Under the pieces are notes generated by a model, which saw nothing but the letters and a program-made list of their open reading frames with translations, did no database searches and was not told the origin of the DNA. The translations under genes and the position numbers were made by a program. Source: an uncultured Gemmatimonadales bacterium (GTDB lineage Bacteria > Gemmatimonadota > Gemmatimonadetes > Gemmatimonadales > Gemmatimonadaceae). Taken from it: a DNA stretch of 64,000 nucleotides. The stretch lies in contig CAWBZV010000003.1 in assembly GCA_963793305.1 (NCBI GenBank), positions 32,001 through 96,000 on the forward strand. The letters run 5' to 3'. Below, piece by piece: positions 1-10,383 of this stretch (position 1 is its first letter; the number at the start of each line of letters is the position of its first letter).

Positions 1-989
1 TGAGCGGCTGGGGTCACAGGGATGAGATCGGTTCGCGGGTCGATCCCCCTTGCTGTGCAGAGGGCGAAGATGCCGGGGAATCGCGTATCGAAATCGCCGA
101 TCTTCCGCGCGTCCAAGAAGACCGCGCCGGTGGCCGCGCGCTCACGGAAAATCTCGCGAGCGACCACATCGCGCGGCGCCAACTCGGCGAGGCGGTGGCG
201 CTCGGTCATGAAGCGCTTGCCGTCGGCGTTGACCAGGATGGCGCCATCACCGCGAACCGCCTCCGATATCAGTGCCAGAGGGTTCTCGGGCGTATCCAGC
301 GCCGTCGGATGGAATTGGACGAATTCCATATCGGCGAGCCGGGCCCCGGCGCGATGGGCGATCGCATAGCCGTCGCCCGTCGCGACCTCGGGATTCGTGG
401 TGTAGCGATAGACCTGGCCGCAGCCACCCGTGGCGAGAACCGTCGCGTCGGCGATGATGTCGACCGCTTTCCCCGCGACGCTCGCACGGACGCCGTAGAC
501 GACGCCGTCGTGAACGATGAGGTCCAGCACCCGGGCCTTCTCGATCACCGTGATGCGAGGATTCTCGCGTACCCGCTCGGCCAAGGTGCGCGCGACCTCG
601 GCCCCGGTCTGATCGCCATGCGCGTGGACGATGCGCCGCCGGGAATGCGCCGCCTCTTTGCCGAGCTTGAACTTCCCGTCGGCTTTGACGTTGAAGTCAG
701 CGCCGGCCCGGTACAGCTCCCGCACCCGGGCGGGACCTTCCTCGACGAGCACCCGAACCGCATCGGCGTCGCACAACGCCGCCCCAGCCGCGAGCGTATC
801 GCGCCAGTGGAGCTCCGGCGAGTCCCCCGCGCCAATGGCCGCCGCGATCCCGCCCTGGGCGTACGAAGTCGCTGAGTCGAACAGGGACCGCTTCGTGAGG
901 ACGACCACTTCGCCCCTGTCGGCCGCCCGCCAGGCCGTATGTAACCCCGCGACCCCGCTACCGATGACCAGGTACCGCGTTCGGTTCAT
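1..989 (-). CDS. nadB: L-aspartate oxidase (3' part runs off the window)
   Basis: Manual translation from ATG at 989: MNRTRYLVIGSGVAGLHTAWRAA...SATSYAQGGIAAA, with FAD-binding GxGxxG and AQGGIAAA motifs. Absent from the ORF track because the stop lies outside the window. Confidence 0.9.
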   Translation of the reverse strand, partial: MNRTRYLVIGSGVAGLHTAWRAADRGEVVVLTKRSLFDSATSYAQGGIAAAIGAGDSPELHWRDTLAAGAALCDADAVRVLVEEGPARVRELYRAGADFNVKADGKFKLGKEAAHSRRRIVHAHGDQTGAEVARTLAERVRENPRITVIEKARVLDLIVHDGVVYGVRASVAGKAVDIIADATVLATGGCGQVYRYTTNPEVATGDGYAIAHRAGARLADMEFVQFHPTALDTPENPLALISEAVRGDGAILVNADGKRFMTERHRLAELAPRDVVAREIFRERAATGAVFLDARKIGDFDTRFPGIFALCTARGIDPRTDLIPVTPAA

Positions 990-1009
990 ACTTGAAGTAT
1001 AATGGGGGT
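990..1009. promoter_or_regulatory. Overlapping bidirectional -10 elements (TATAAT on +, TATACT on -) for two leaderless genes
   Basis: TATAAT at 998-1003 is 6 nt before GTG 1010. TATACT on the minus strand is 6 nt before ATG 989. Confidence 0.7.
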
Positions 1010-1999
1010 GTGCGGAGGCTCACTCTCACGGTCGGATTGCTCGCGGCGCTCCACGTAGCCCTGCTCGGCATCCGGCCGAAGGGCTCCAGGGCCACTCCGC
1101 CGGCCACCGTCGGCATCGTGCTCGACATTGGCGGACGAGGCGATAAGAGCTTCAACGACGGTGCGTTCGCGGGTGGCGAGCGAGCCACGCACGCCCTCGG
1201 CGTCGGGGTCCGCTATATCGAGCCCGGCGACGGCTCGGACCGCGAGGCGGGACTGCGGCTCCTGACCGCTGAGGGCATGAAACTCGTCATCGGCGTCGGA
1301 TTTATTTTCACGGACGACCTGACAGAATTGGCCCGCCAATTCCCAAGCACGAACTTCGCCGGCATTGACTACGCCGCCGGCGTAACGCCTCCACCGAACC
1401 TCGCGGCTATACGCTTCCGAGAAGAAGAGGGCTCTTATCTCGTCGGCGCGATTGCGGCTCTCGCTGGCGGCTCCAAGAAAATCGGGTTCGTGGGCGGCAT
1501 GGACATCCCGCTGATCCACAAGTTCGAGGCGGGATATCGCGCGGGTGTCGCAAAGGTCTGCCCGGACTGTGTCGTGATCGCGCAATACGCCGGCGCGACT
1601 CCCGAGGCATTCCGTGATCCTCCCCGCGGCAAAGATCTCGCGCTGAGCCAATACCACTCAGGGGTCAACGTGGTCTTCCAGGCCGCTGGAGCCACCGGGC
1701 TTGGCGTGTTCGAGGCGGCTCGCGAGACGAACAAGCTCGTCATCGGCACCGACGCCGACCAATACGACGAAGCACCCGGACACGTGTTGACGTTGATGGT
1801 CAAGCATGTCGACGTTGCCACGTTCGAAACCATTCGCCATTTCAGCGGCGGCGTCCATGAGTTCGGCCTAGCCGATGGGGGCATCGGCTATGTGTATGAC
1901 GCGCGCAATAAGGCCCTCATCGCGGACGCGGTGCATGCGAAAGCCGACTCGCTCGCTGCCGATATCATCGCGGGACGCATTCACGTGCCCTCGCGCTGA
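1010..1999 (+). CDS. BMP family ABC transporter substrate-binding protein
   Basis: GGRGDKSFND, FREEEGSYLVG, IGFVGGM and IGTDADQ motifs. GTG 1010 preferred over TTG 992. Confidence 0.9.
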   Translation: MRRLTLTVGLLAALHVALLGIRPKGSRATPPATVGIVLDIGGRGDKSFNDGAFAGGERATHALGVGVRYIEPGDGSDREAGLRLLTAEGMKLVIGVGFIFTDDLTELARQFPSTNFAGIDYAAGVTPPPNLAAIRFREEEGSYLVGAIAALAGGSKKIGFVGGMDIPLIHKFEAGYRAGVAKVCPDCVVIAQYAGATPEAFRDPPRGKDLALSQYHSGVNVVFQAAGATGLGVFEAARETNKLVIGTDADQYDEAPGHVLTLMVKHVDVATFETIRHFSGGVHEFGLADGGIGYVYDARNKALIADAVHAKADSLAADIIAGRIHVPSR

Positions 2000-3473
2000 T
2001 GCTATCGCTCGAGGGGATCAATAAGACCTACGGAACCGTTGTCGCGAATCGCGATGCTTCGTTGACCGTCGCGACGGGCGAAATCCACGCCGTGGTCGGC
2101 GAGAACGGCGCGGGCAAGACGACACTCATGCGGATCGCCGCCGGCGAGCTGCGCCCCGACTCGGGTCGCGTGATGCTCGACGATCGCGACGTCACCGGGT
2201 GGAGCGTCACCGAGGCCATCGCGGCCGGTGTCGGCATGGTGCACCAGCACTTCATGCTCGTCCCAACGCTGACGGTGACCGAGAACATGATCCTCGGCCG
2301 CGAGCCCGTGTTCCTCGATCGACGACGCGCATCGCAAGCCGTTCGGGATCTGTCCGAATCGACCGGCCTGGCTGTCGATCCCGACGCGAAGGTCAGCGAT
2401 CTCTCGGTTGGCGAGGCGCAGCGAGTCGAGATTCTAAAGGCCCTCTACCGCGGCGCCACGCTGCTCATCCTCGACGAGCCGACCGCGGTGCTGTCCCCTC
2501 CCGAAGTCAACGACCTATGGAAAGTCCTGCGTGCGCTTCGGGATCAAGGCAGCACAGTCATACTGATCACGCATAAGCTCGACGAAGTCATGGCGATTGC
2601 GGACTCCGTGACGGTGATGCGCGGTGGGCAGACGATCGGCCAATTCAAGACGAGCGATGTCACGTCAGCCGACTTGGCACTTGCCATGGTGGGACGAGAG
2701 CTGGCCGAGTTCTTCACGCCGGCACCCGCCCGATGTGAACGGCGCGCCGGTGCTCGAAGTCGACAATCTCGTCGTGGGCCACGACGGTCGATGGCGTGTC
2801 GTTCACGGTCGCGCCAGGCGAGATCTTCGGAATAGCCGGCGTTGAAGGGAACGGTCAGCACGAGCTGATCGAAGCCATCGCGGGCTACGCCAAAGTCACG
2901 AGCGGCAGCATTCACCGCGGCGGCGTGGCGATCGAGCGCTTGAGCGTGCGCCGGCGTGGCGAGCTCGGGATCGCGCACATCCCCGACGACCGGCAGCGAC
3001 GCGGCCTCGTGCTCGACTACACGGTCGCCGAGAATCTCATCCTGGGGCGCGAGCGGTCGTTCGGCCGGGTGCGGCTCGATCGCATGAAGATGGCCATCGA
3101 GGCCCAGCGGTTGATCACGGCGTTCGACATTCGGCCGCACGACCCTCGCCGTCTCGCGCGCACGCTCTCGGGTGGCAATCAACAGAAAGTCGTGGTCGCG
3201 CGTGAAATGGGCGGCATGCGCGATTTCCACGTGCTGTTGGCTGCCCAACCGACACGCGGCGTCGACATTGGCGCGATCGAGACCATTCATGCTCACTTCC
3301 GCCTGGCGCGGTCCGAAGGGCGATCCGTCGTGCTGGTGTCGTCTGATTTGAGTGAGTTGCTCGCCCTCGCCGATCGTATCGCGGTGATGCTACGCGGACG
3401 GTTCGTAACGGTTGTCGATCGCGCTGACGCGAGCGCCGAGGTCATCGGGCGATATATGGCCGGGGCAGCGTGA
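1999..3473 (+). CDS. Nucleoside/sugar ABC transporter ATP-binding protein (two apparent +1 frameshifts near 2704 and 2780)
   Basis: First domain has GENGAGKT, LSVGE and LILDEPT. Second has GVEGNGQ, LSGGNQQK and QPTRGVD. The linker PVLEVDNLVV lies in the third frame. Confidence 0.85.
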
Positions 3474-4477
3474 AAGCGCTGTTCCCCGTGCTCGTGGGCG
3501 CACTCGTGGCGCTCGTCGTCGGAGACTTGCTCATCCTCGGCGTCGGTCAGTCGCCGGCCGAGGTCTATCGTCTGTTACTGGAAGGGACGTGGGGCAACCC
3601 GTACGGCTTTGCTCAAGTACTGTATAAGGCGACCACGCTGACGTTCACTGGCCTCGCCGTCGCTCTCGCTCTCCGCGCGGGCCTATTTAACATTGGCGCT
3701 GAAGCCCAACTGGCGCTCGGCGGCTTCGCCGCCAGCATGATGGGTCTCGCGCTACCCGTGGGCGTACCTGCGCCACTCGCGATTATCGCTTGCATTGTAG
3801 CCGCAGCAATGGGTGGGGCGGTTGGCGGCGCGGTACCGGGGGCGCTGAATGCGTGGTTCGGCGCCAACGAGGTGATTACGACGATCCTGCTCAATTTCGT
3901 CGTCTTGTTCTTTCTGAATTGGGTAGTGTCCGCCCATCTCCACGTGGCGGAGACTGTACACACGCCTGTCCTGACGAACGGGATTGTGCCGAGATTATCC
4001 GTGCTGATTCCGGCATTTCGTGGCTCGGCCGCCAACGCAACGGTGCTACTGGCGATCGCCGCGGCCGTTGTCACGGGATGGTTCGTGTTTCGTACGAGAT
4101 ATGGCTACGAGCTGAGGGCGGTCGGCCTGTCGCCGGATGCGGCCGAGGCGGCGGGGATCGTTCTGCCGCGCGTGCGGGTAGCAACGTTCACCCTAGCCGG
4201 CGCGTTGGCTGGTATGGGCGGAACGAATTTCGTCCTCGGCTACAAGCACTACTACGAAGATGGATTTACGGGCGGCGCGGGCCTCATTGGGATCGCGGTC
4301 GCGCTCGCGGGCCGAGCGCATCCGATCGGCATCATGCTCGCGGCGCTCGCGTTCGCTACGCTCTCGCAAGGCGGGCTCGCGATCCATGCGCTCGTGCCGA
4401 AGCAGATGGCTGATATCCTCCAGGGCGTCGTGATCCTCGCGATCGCGATTGCCTCTGCCTCGCGGGCGCGATCATAA
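3470..4477 (+). CDS. ABC transporter permease (BPD_transp_2 type)
   Basis: Multi-TM protein with GLFNIGAEAQ and GYELRAVG motifs; operon context. Confidence 0.9.
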   Translation: MKALFPVLVGALVALVVGDLLILGVGQSPAEVYRLLLEGTWGNPYGFAQVLYKATTLTFTGLAVALALRAGLFNIGAEAQLALGGFAASMMGLALPVGVPAPLAIIACIVAAAMGGAVGGAVPGALNAWFGANEVITTILLNFVVLFFLNWVVSAHLHVAETVHTPVLTNGIVPRLSVLIPAFRGSAANATVLLAIAAAVVTGWFVFRTRYGYELRAVGLSPDAAEAAGIVLPRVRVATFTLAGALAGMGGTNFVLGYKHYYEDGFTGGAGLIGIAVALAGRAHPIGIMLAALAFATLSQGGLAIHALVPKQMADILQGVVILAIAIASASRARS

Positions 4478-5313
4478 TGGGGCTCATCCTCCAGATCGTT
4501 CGCATCGCGACGCCGTACTTGTTCGCGGCGGCCGGCGGAACGATCGCCGAGCGCTCCGGCATCGTGAGCCTGGGCCTCGAGGGCTACATGCTCACCGGGG
4601 CGTGCGCGGCCGCGTTCGGATCGTACTACGGCGGCACGGTGTGGTCGGGCATCCTGTGGGGCGCGACGGGTGGGGCCGTCCTCGCCTCGATCCACGCGAT
4701 CGCGACGATCCGCTTTCGAGCCGATCAAATTGTCTCTGGTATCGCGGTCAATATTCTGGCGGTCGGCACCACACGGTTCGCGCTGCGTGTCGCGTTTGGC
4801 AGCTCGTCGAATTCACCTCGTGTACCGGGCGGGGCGAGTGGTGTGTTGGAGATCGCGGGACTGCTGTCGATCGTCTGTGTCGCGATGATCCTCGATAGGA
4901 CTCGATTTGGGTTGCGTCTTCGCGCGGCCGGGGAGCACCCTGAGGCCGCGACGACGGTCGGCATCTCCGTCAATAGAATCCGGGCGATCGCCGTGCTCGC
5001 GTCAGGCGCGCTCGCCGGACTGGGCGGGACGTTTCTGGCACTCGACCAGCACCAGTTCTCGGACGAGATGACGGCCGGCCGGGGGTTCATTGCGCTCGCC
5101 GCGGTGATCTTCGGCCGCTGGGATCCGGTCCGCGTCGGGGCCGCTTGTCTCCTGTTCGCGGCAGCCGAAGCGCTGGAGATCAACCTGCAAGGAACCAGCG
5201 CGATCCCTTCGCAATTCGTAGCAATGATTCCGTACGTCCTCACAATTGTAGCGTTGGCGGGCATTGTAGGCCGTTCCGTCCCTCCGGCCGCCCTCGGTAA
5301 GAGCGGACATTAG
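4477..5313 (+). CDS. ABC transporter permease (BPD_transp_2 type)
   Basis: ERSGIVSLGLEG, GLRLRAAGEHP and GRGFIALAA motifs. Confidence 0.9.
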   Translation: MGLILQIVRIATPYLFAAAGGTIAERSGIVSLGLEGYMLTGACAAAFGSYYGGTVWSGILWGATGGAVLASIHAIATIRFRADQIVSGIAVNILAVGTTRFALRVAFGSSSNSPRVPGGASGVLEIAGLLSIVCVAMILDRTRFGLRLRAAGEHPEAATTVGISVNRIRAIAVLASGALAGLGGTFLALDQHQFSDEMTAGRGFIALAAVIFGRWDPVRVGAACLLFAAAEALEINLQGTSAIPSQFVAMIPYVLTIVALAGIVGRSVPPAALGKSGH

Positions 5314-5326
5314 ATTTTGTGGCCTG

Positions 5327-6559
5327 GTGAATAAAAAACTTCTCGTCCTCATCATCACCGCCGGCGTGGACATGGTGGGGACGTTTCTGGTTGTCCCACA
5401 ACTGCCGTTCTACGCCAAAGCATTCGGCGCGTCCGCATTCGTGGTCGCAGCGATTGCCGCATCATTCAATGTCGCCACCCTGCTTTCGGCCCCGTACTGG
5501 GGCCGTTTTTCCGATAAGTACGGCCGCCGGCCCGCGCTCCTGATCGCGCTCACCGGCTCGGTCATCGGGTACATCATCTTCGCGTTCTCGGGCAATATCT
5601 GGATGCTGTTTCTGTCCCGCATTGTGACGGGACTCGGCGGCGGGACGGTCGGCGTCATTCAAGCGTATGTGGCCGACGAGACGCCGCCCAAGGATCGCGC
5701 GAAAGCCCTCGGCTGGTTGTCGGCCGCCACCAACCTCGGCGTCGCCGGTGGCCCGGCCATCGGCTCACTGTCCGCCAAGCTCGGCGCGCACGGCCCGGGC
5801 TTGCTGGCTGCGGCGATCTGTCTCGTCAACATGTATTTCGCGTGGCGCTACCTCCGCGAGTCGCGCGTCGTCACACCCCGCACCTCGCGCTCGGATACGT
5901 CGAGCTCATTCCGCGTGATCTGGCGCGTCATCCGTCACTCGGATCAACCCGCGTCGCGTCTCATCCTGATTTACGCGATCGGCCTCGGCGCCTTCTACGG
6001 CATTACGCCGGTGCTCGTGCTGCTGCTCAGCGACAAGTACGACATCACGAAGGAGACCATCGGCTACTTCTTCTCCTACATGGGCCTGGTGGGATTCTTC
6101 ACGCGCGCATTCTTGCTGGGGCCCGCCGTCGATCGCCTCGGCGAGGCGCGACTCGCGCGGATCGGCACGCTCCTGCTGGCGCTGGGGTTGGTGCTCCTGC
6201 CACTCCCGCCGAACATCCTCATCTTCTGTCTCGTCTCGCCGCTGCTCAATTTCGGCACGGCGTTCACGTTCCCCGGGGTGACGTCACTCCTCTCCCGAGT
6301 GATCCGGGGGAGCGAGCGCGGCGTGTACATGGGCGTTCAGCAGTCGTTCGGACGGGTGTCCACCGTCATCTTCCAGTTGGGCTGCGGACTCGCGTACGAC
6401 CGGCTCGGCCAGTCGGCGCCGTTCTGGATCTCGGCGATCTTCGTCGCCGGGACGCTGTTCATGGGACTCGATATGGAGTCGTACATGCGGACCGACACGC
6501 CCGCGCCGGTCGAAACGGCCGCTCCAGCGGCGGCCGCCGCCGTCACCGCTAAACCGTAG
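5327..6559 (+). CDS. MFS transporter (TetA/DHA1-like)
   Basis: MFS motif A GRFSDKYGRRP and many hydrophobic segments. Confidence 0.9.
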   Translation: MNKKLLVLIITAGVDMVGTFLVVPQLPFYAKAFGASAFVVAAIAASFNVATLLSAPYWGRFSDKYGRRPALLIALTGSVIGYIIFAFSGNIWMLFLSRIVTGLGGGTVGVIQAYVADETPPKDRAKALGWLSAATNLGVAGGPAIGSLSAKLGAHGPGLLAAAICLVNMYFAWRYLRESRVVTPRTSRSDTSSSFRVIWRVIRHSDQPASRLILIYAIGLGAFYGITPVLVLLLSDKYDITKETIGYFFSYMGLVGFFTRAFLLGPAVDRLGEARLARIGTLLLALGLVLLPLPPNILIFCLVSPLLNFGTAFTFPGVTSLLSRVIRGSERGVYMGVQQSFGRVSTVIFQLGCGLAYDRLGQSAPFWISAIFVAGTLFMGLDMESYMRTDTPAPVETAAPAAAAAVTAKP

Positions 6560-7044
6560 TGATGCTCACGTTGGCGCTCTTCGAGAGCGCCAAGCCGCGC
6601 GTCTGCAACCACTCGAGCGGCCACCGGATCGCCTCGTGCACGCCGACCGCGGGCGGCATCGAGAACGTCGATTTCGGCGAGCGGCGCTGGCGGCAGCCCT
6701 AACAGTGGCTTGCCACCGGTCTCGCGCGCGCGGCGAGCGACCGCATCGAGCACGCGCATGAGATGCCGCAGCATGTAATCGGGCCGTGGACGCGCCTCGA
6801 GGATGAGCCGCGTGAGCCGTCCGCGGAGCGTCGGCTCGATGACGCCCGTGCGCATGGCGTCGAGGACCGCGAAGTAGAGTTTCTTGGCTCGCCGCTCTAC
6901 CGCGTGCGCGGCATACGAGCCACCTGACGGTACCGGAGGGACCGGTAACCGAAACCGGTAACGAGTGTCTCCGTCATTCGACGAGCGGCCGCGCACGATC
7001 AGCGCTGGCGCACGACGCAACGGTTGCGTCCGGTTATGCATCAA
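6549..7044 (-). CDS. Hypothetical protein with an apparent +1 frameshift near 6675
   Basis: GGGGAG SD upstream of 7044/7041. Removing one base after LPPAPLA gives ...RWPLEWLQTRGLALSKSANVSITTV* ending at 6549, which removes the implausible 223-nt overlap with the MFS gene. Confidence 0.55.
6571..6593 (+). terminator. 10-bp hairpin after the MFS gene, inside the convergent gene's 3' end
   Basis: TTGGCGCTCT-tcg-AGAGCGCCAA; no U-tract. Confidence 0.4.
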
Positions 7045-7112
7045 TCAGTATCTCCCCTGCTCCTCTGACCTAGACGCGCGAGAAGATAGAGCGGGAACGG
7101 CCTCGAATCCAG

Positions 7113-8417
7113 TCACCCAACGCGTGACGCAGTTGCTACACTGGTGTTGACCGCCATATCAATGGGTCCAGCGGTCCGGCTGATAATTCGCGACCCGCGC
7201 TGGTAGGTAAAGTACGCGTAGGCCCACTCGACGAGTACACTCAACCTGTTTCTGAAACCGGCTAGATACATGATGTGCACGAAGAGCCACAGCCACCACG
7301 CGAGTACCCCCGTCACCTTGATGAAGCCGAAGTTGGCGATCGCCTTGTTGCGACCGATCGTCGCGAGATCGCCTTTGTTGACATAGTGAAACGGTTTCCG
7401 CGGGCGGCCCGCCAGATCGGCGATGATGTTGGCGCCGGCGAGCCATCCTTGTTGCTGCGCCGCGGGCGCGACGCTGGGCACGGGCGTTTTCCCGTCGTCC
7501 TTCATCGAGATCGAGAGATCGCCGACCACGAACACGTCCCGGTGGCCCGGGATCGAGAGATCCCGCTCTACGATCACGCGACCCTGGCGGTCGAGCGGCA
7601 CGCCCAAGTCGCGGCCCAACTTGGACGCCTCGTTGCCCGCGGCCCAGAACACGTTGCGCGTGGGAATTCGCTCCGTGCCAACGTACACGGCGTCCGGTGT
7701 CACTTTCGTCACCAACTCGCCAAGCCGGACGTCGACCCCGAGTTTGCGCAGATCATTCAGCGCGTGATTGGCGAGCGAGTCCGGAAACCCCGGCAGAATG
7801 CGATGCGTCCCCTCGAGCAGGATGACCTTCGTCTGTCTGGTGTCGATGTGATGGAACTCGTGGCGAAACACTTTATGCGTCACCGGCGCGATCATGCCCG
7901 CGAGCTCACATCCCGTCGGCCCTCCGCCGACGATCACGAACGTCATCAGCGCGGATTGCTCCGCCGGATCATCCGACCGCTCGGCGGCCTCGAACGCCGA
8001 CAGAAACCGATTGCGCATCGCTCTCGCATCGTCGAGGCTCTTGAGTCCGGGCGCGATGGCCTCCCATTCCGGGTGGCCGAAATACGAGTGCCGCGCACCC
8101 GGCGCGACGACGAGATAATCGTAGTTGAACGATGAGCGGCCGCCGTCGAGCTCGACGAGCTTCGCGTTCACGTCGATGCGTGTGACCTCGCCCATCAGGA
8201 CTTCGGCATTCGGCTGCCGGCGCAACAGCCAGCGAATCGGCGTCGCAATGTCGCTCGGCGCGAGCGTCGCCGTCGCGACCTGATAGAGCAGCGGTTGAAA
8301 GGTGTGGTGATTCGAGCGATCGATCAGCGTGATATCGACGTTCGCACGCCTGAGCCGTTGCGCGGCTTTGTGTCCGCCGAACCCTCCACCAATAATTATT
8401 ACCCTGGGACGGCTCAC
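7113..8417 (-). CDS. ndh: Type II NADH dehydrogenase (NAD(P)/FAD-dependent oxidoreductase)
   Basis: GGGFGG, FQPLLYQVAT, VGGGPTGCELAG and APAAQQQG motifs. Confidence 0.9.
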   Translation of the reverse strand: MSRPRVIIIGGGFGGHKAAQRLRRANVDITLIDRSNHHTFQPLLYQVATATLAPSDIATPIRWLLRRQPNAEVLMGEVTRIDVNAKLVELDGGRSSFNYDYLVVAPGARHSYFGHPEWEAIAPGLKSLDDARAMRNRFLSAFEAAERSDDPAEQSALMTFVIVGGGPTGCELAGMIAPVTHKVFRHEFHHIDTRQTKVILLEGTHRILPGFPDSLANHALNDLRKLGVDVRLGELVTKVTPDAVYVGTERIPTRNVFWAAGNEASKLGRDLGVPLDRQGRVIVERDLSIPGHRDVFVVGDLSISMKDDGKTPVPSVAPAAQQQGWLAGANIIADLAGRPRKPFHYVNKGDLATIGRNKAIANFGFIKVTGVLAWWLWLFVHIMYLAGFRNRLSVLVEWAYAYFTYQRGSRIISRTAGPIDMAVNTSVATASRVG

Positions 8418-10096
8418 GTAATTGGCTGCTCAGTAAGTTCGACACGGCCCTGGGCGCCGACGAGGCGCGCGATCGCCGTGAACGCCAACACGACGCCGAT
8501 CAACAACACACTGAAGGCCGCCGCGGTTCCAAACGCGAAATCGCGGATCTGCGCCAGGATCTCGATCGAGATCGGCCGATTGGCGTGGGTGTACAGCACG
8601 ACCGAGGCCACGAACTCGCCGACGGCCGTGATTGCCGCGAGCAATGCGCCCGCGACCAGTCCCGGCCGGGCGGCCGGGAGCATCACGCGGCGCATCACGA
8701 GCCACCAGTTCGCGCCGAGTCCGCGCCCGGCGTCTTCGAGGGACGGGTCCATCTGGGACAGCGAGCCTTCGACGGCCGAGGCGACGAGGGGGATGCCGCG
8801 GATGAAGTAGGCGAGTGGGAGGATCCAGAACGTGCCGACGAGCAGCACGCGCAGCGTCGCGGGATCATTGCGGTTGAACGTCGACGCGAGACCGATCGCG
8901 ACGGCCATGGCGGGGATCGCCCACGGGAGCGCGGTCAGCAGCTCGAGCAATCGCTTCCCTGGGAATTTGCGGAGCGCGATGAGGTAGGCGGCGATCGAGC
9001 AGACGATGACGTTGCCGCCGGTCGCGATGAGCGCCATCTCGATGCTGTTCCAGATCGGCTTGACGAGGTCCGGGTCTGTCACCAGGCGCCGGAAATTGTC
9101 CAGCGTGTACTCGGGCGGCAGGACCTGCGTCGTCCACGCCCCGTCTTTCGCGAATGAGACCAACACGATCATCAGGTGCGGCAGGATCAGCACGATCACC
9201 GCGGCGGCGGCCGCGGGCATCGTGAGTGCTCGTAGTACGGGCGACTGCACCCGCTGCCGCGTCACCCGCCCCTTTCCCGCACTCGTGTACTGACTGCGGC
9301 CCTGTACCCAGCGGGACAACCAGAGCGCGCCGATCGACGCCAAGGCGAGCACCGTCGTCTCGACGTACGACACGCCAATGTTCCCATTCAGCCGCAACGT
9401 CACAATTTGCGTGGCGAGTACACGGAGTCCGCCGCCGAAGATATATGGCGCTGAGAATGACCCGAGTGAGCTCATGAACACGAGCAGCATCGCGCCGACG
9501 AGCGCGGGCGTGAGCAATGGTAACGTCACCCGTCGCAATCGCAACGTCGTGCCGGCGCCCAATCCCGCCGCTGCTTCGTCGAGCAATGTGTCATATCGTT
9601 CGAGCCCGGCCGACACGAACATGTACACGTACACATACATCGTGTACGCGTGGACAAACACGATCGCCCAACCGCCGCCGAGCGTCCACGGCGGGGTGTC
9701 TTTATGAAGGATCGCTTGGACCGCGCGGGTGATCACGCCACTTTCGCCATACAGGAACAAGAACGCGACGACGCCAACGAGCGGCGGCAGCGCTGCCGGA
9801 AGGGTGGCGGCGGCACTGAGTATCTTGCGGCCACGAAATTCGACGCGCGTCAGCAGGAAGGCGAGGGGTACGCCGATGGCGGTGGAGAAGACGACGGATG
9901 CGATGGAGACCCAGATCGACGTCCACAGCGCCTCGCGATCGGCGGGACTGTCGATAAACGCTTTCCAGTATCCGAGTCCGTGCGCGAAGCTCCCAGCGAT
10001 GACGGACACGTTGGGATAGACCACTGCCCACAAGAGCACAGCGAACAGCGGCCAGGCGATGAGCGGAACGCGCTTAGCCGTAGTAGTCGAGCCCAC
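8414..10096 (-). CDS. Fe3+/polyamine/thiamine-type ABC transporter permease (duplicated domain)
   Basis: Two EAA loops (LDEAAAGLGA, LEDAGRGLGA); FbpB-like architecture. Confidence 0.9.
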   Translation of the reverse strand: MGSTTTAKRVPLIAWPLFAVLLWAVVYPNVSVIAGSFAHGLGYWKAFIDSPADREALWTSIWVSIASVVFSTAIGVPLAFLLTRVEFRGRKILSAAATLPAALPPLVGVVAFLFLYGESGVITRAVQAILHKDTPPWTLGGGWAIVFVHAYTMYVYVYMFVSAGLERYDTLLDEAAAGLGAGTTLRLRRVTLPLLTPALVGAMLLVFMSSLGSFSAPYIFGGGLRVLATQIVTLRLNGNIGVSYVETTVLALASIGALWLSRWVQGRSQYTSAGKGRVTRQRVQSPVLRALTMPAAAAAVIVLILPHLMIVLVSFAKDGAWTTQVLPPEYTLDNFRRLVTDPDLVKPIWNSIEMALIATGGNVIVCSIAAYLIALRKFPGKRLLELLTALPWAIPAMAVAIGLASTFNRNDPATLRVLLVGTFWILPLAYFIRGIPLVASAVEGSLSQMDPSLEDAGRGLGANWWLVMRRVMLPAARPGLVAGALLAAITAVGEFVASVVLYTHANRPISIEILAQIRDFAFGTAAAFSVLLIGVVLAFTAIARLVGAQGRVELTEQPIT

Positions 10097-10325
10097 GGAC
10101 GATATCGCGCAAATCCTCGTCGCTCATGCGCGCGAGCCCAGACCACGTTGCGGTGGCATAGGGCACAGCCCGAAACATCCCCGTGCTGGACTTGAAGAAC
10201 AGCCGGGGAGGACTCGGCGGGAGGGCCGCGCGTGCCTCGCTGACACGCGGGTCAGGTGGGAGGTCCGAGGGCCATGCCTCCCATAGCATCCCGTCACAGA
10301 CGAAGCGGCGACGTTTCTGGTCCAT
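10074..10325 (-). CDS. Small hypothetical protein (about 83 aa) inside the ABC operon
   Basis: MDQKRRRFVCDGMLWEAW...RLFFKS...WSGLARMSDEDLRDIVRG fills the gap between ATPase and permease. Start uncertain (10376 is an alternative). Confidence 0.55.
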   Translation of the reverse strand: MDQKRRRFVCDGMLWEAWPSDLPPDPRVSEARAALPPSPPRLFFKSSTGMFRAVPYATATWSGLARMSDEDLRDIVRGLDYYG

Positions 10326-10383
10326 GGTACGTACAACCCACTTTAGCCACCCCCGCTCATAGCGGAGTAACAACATCGTACCC

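Noticed and set aside
6337..6548. C-terminal extension of the 6337-7044 ORF overlapping the MFS gene
   Set aside because: Antisense read-through caused by the apparent frameshift near 6675.
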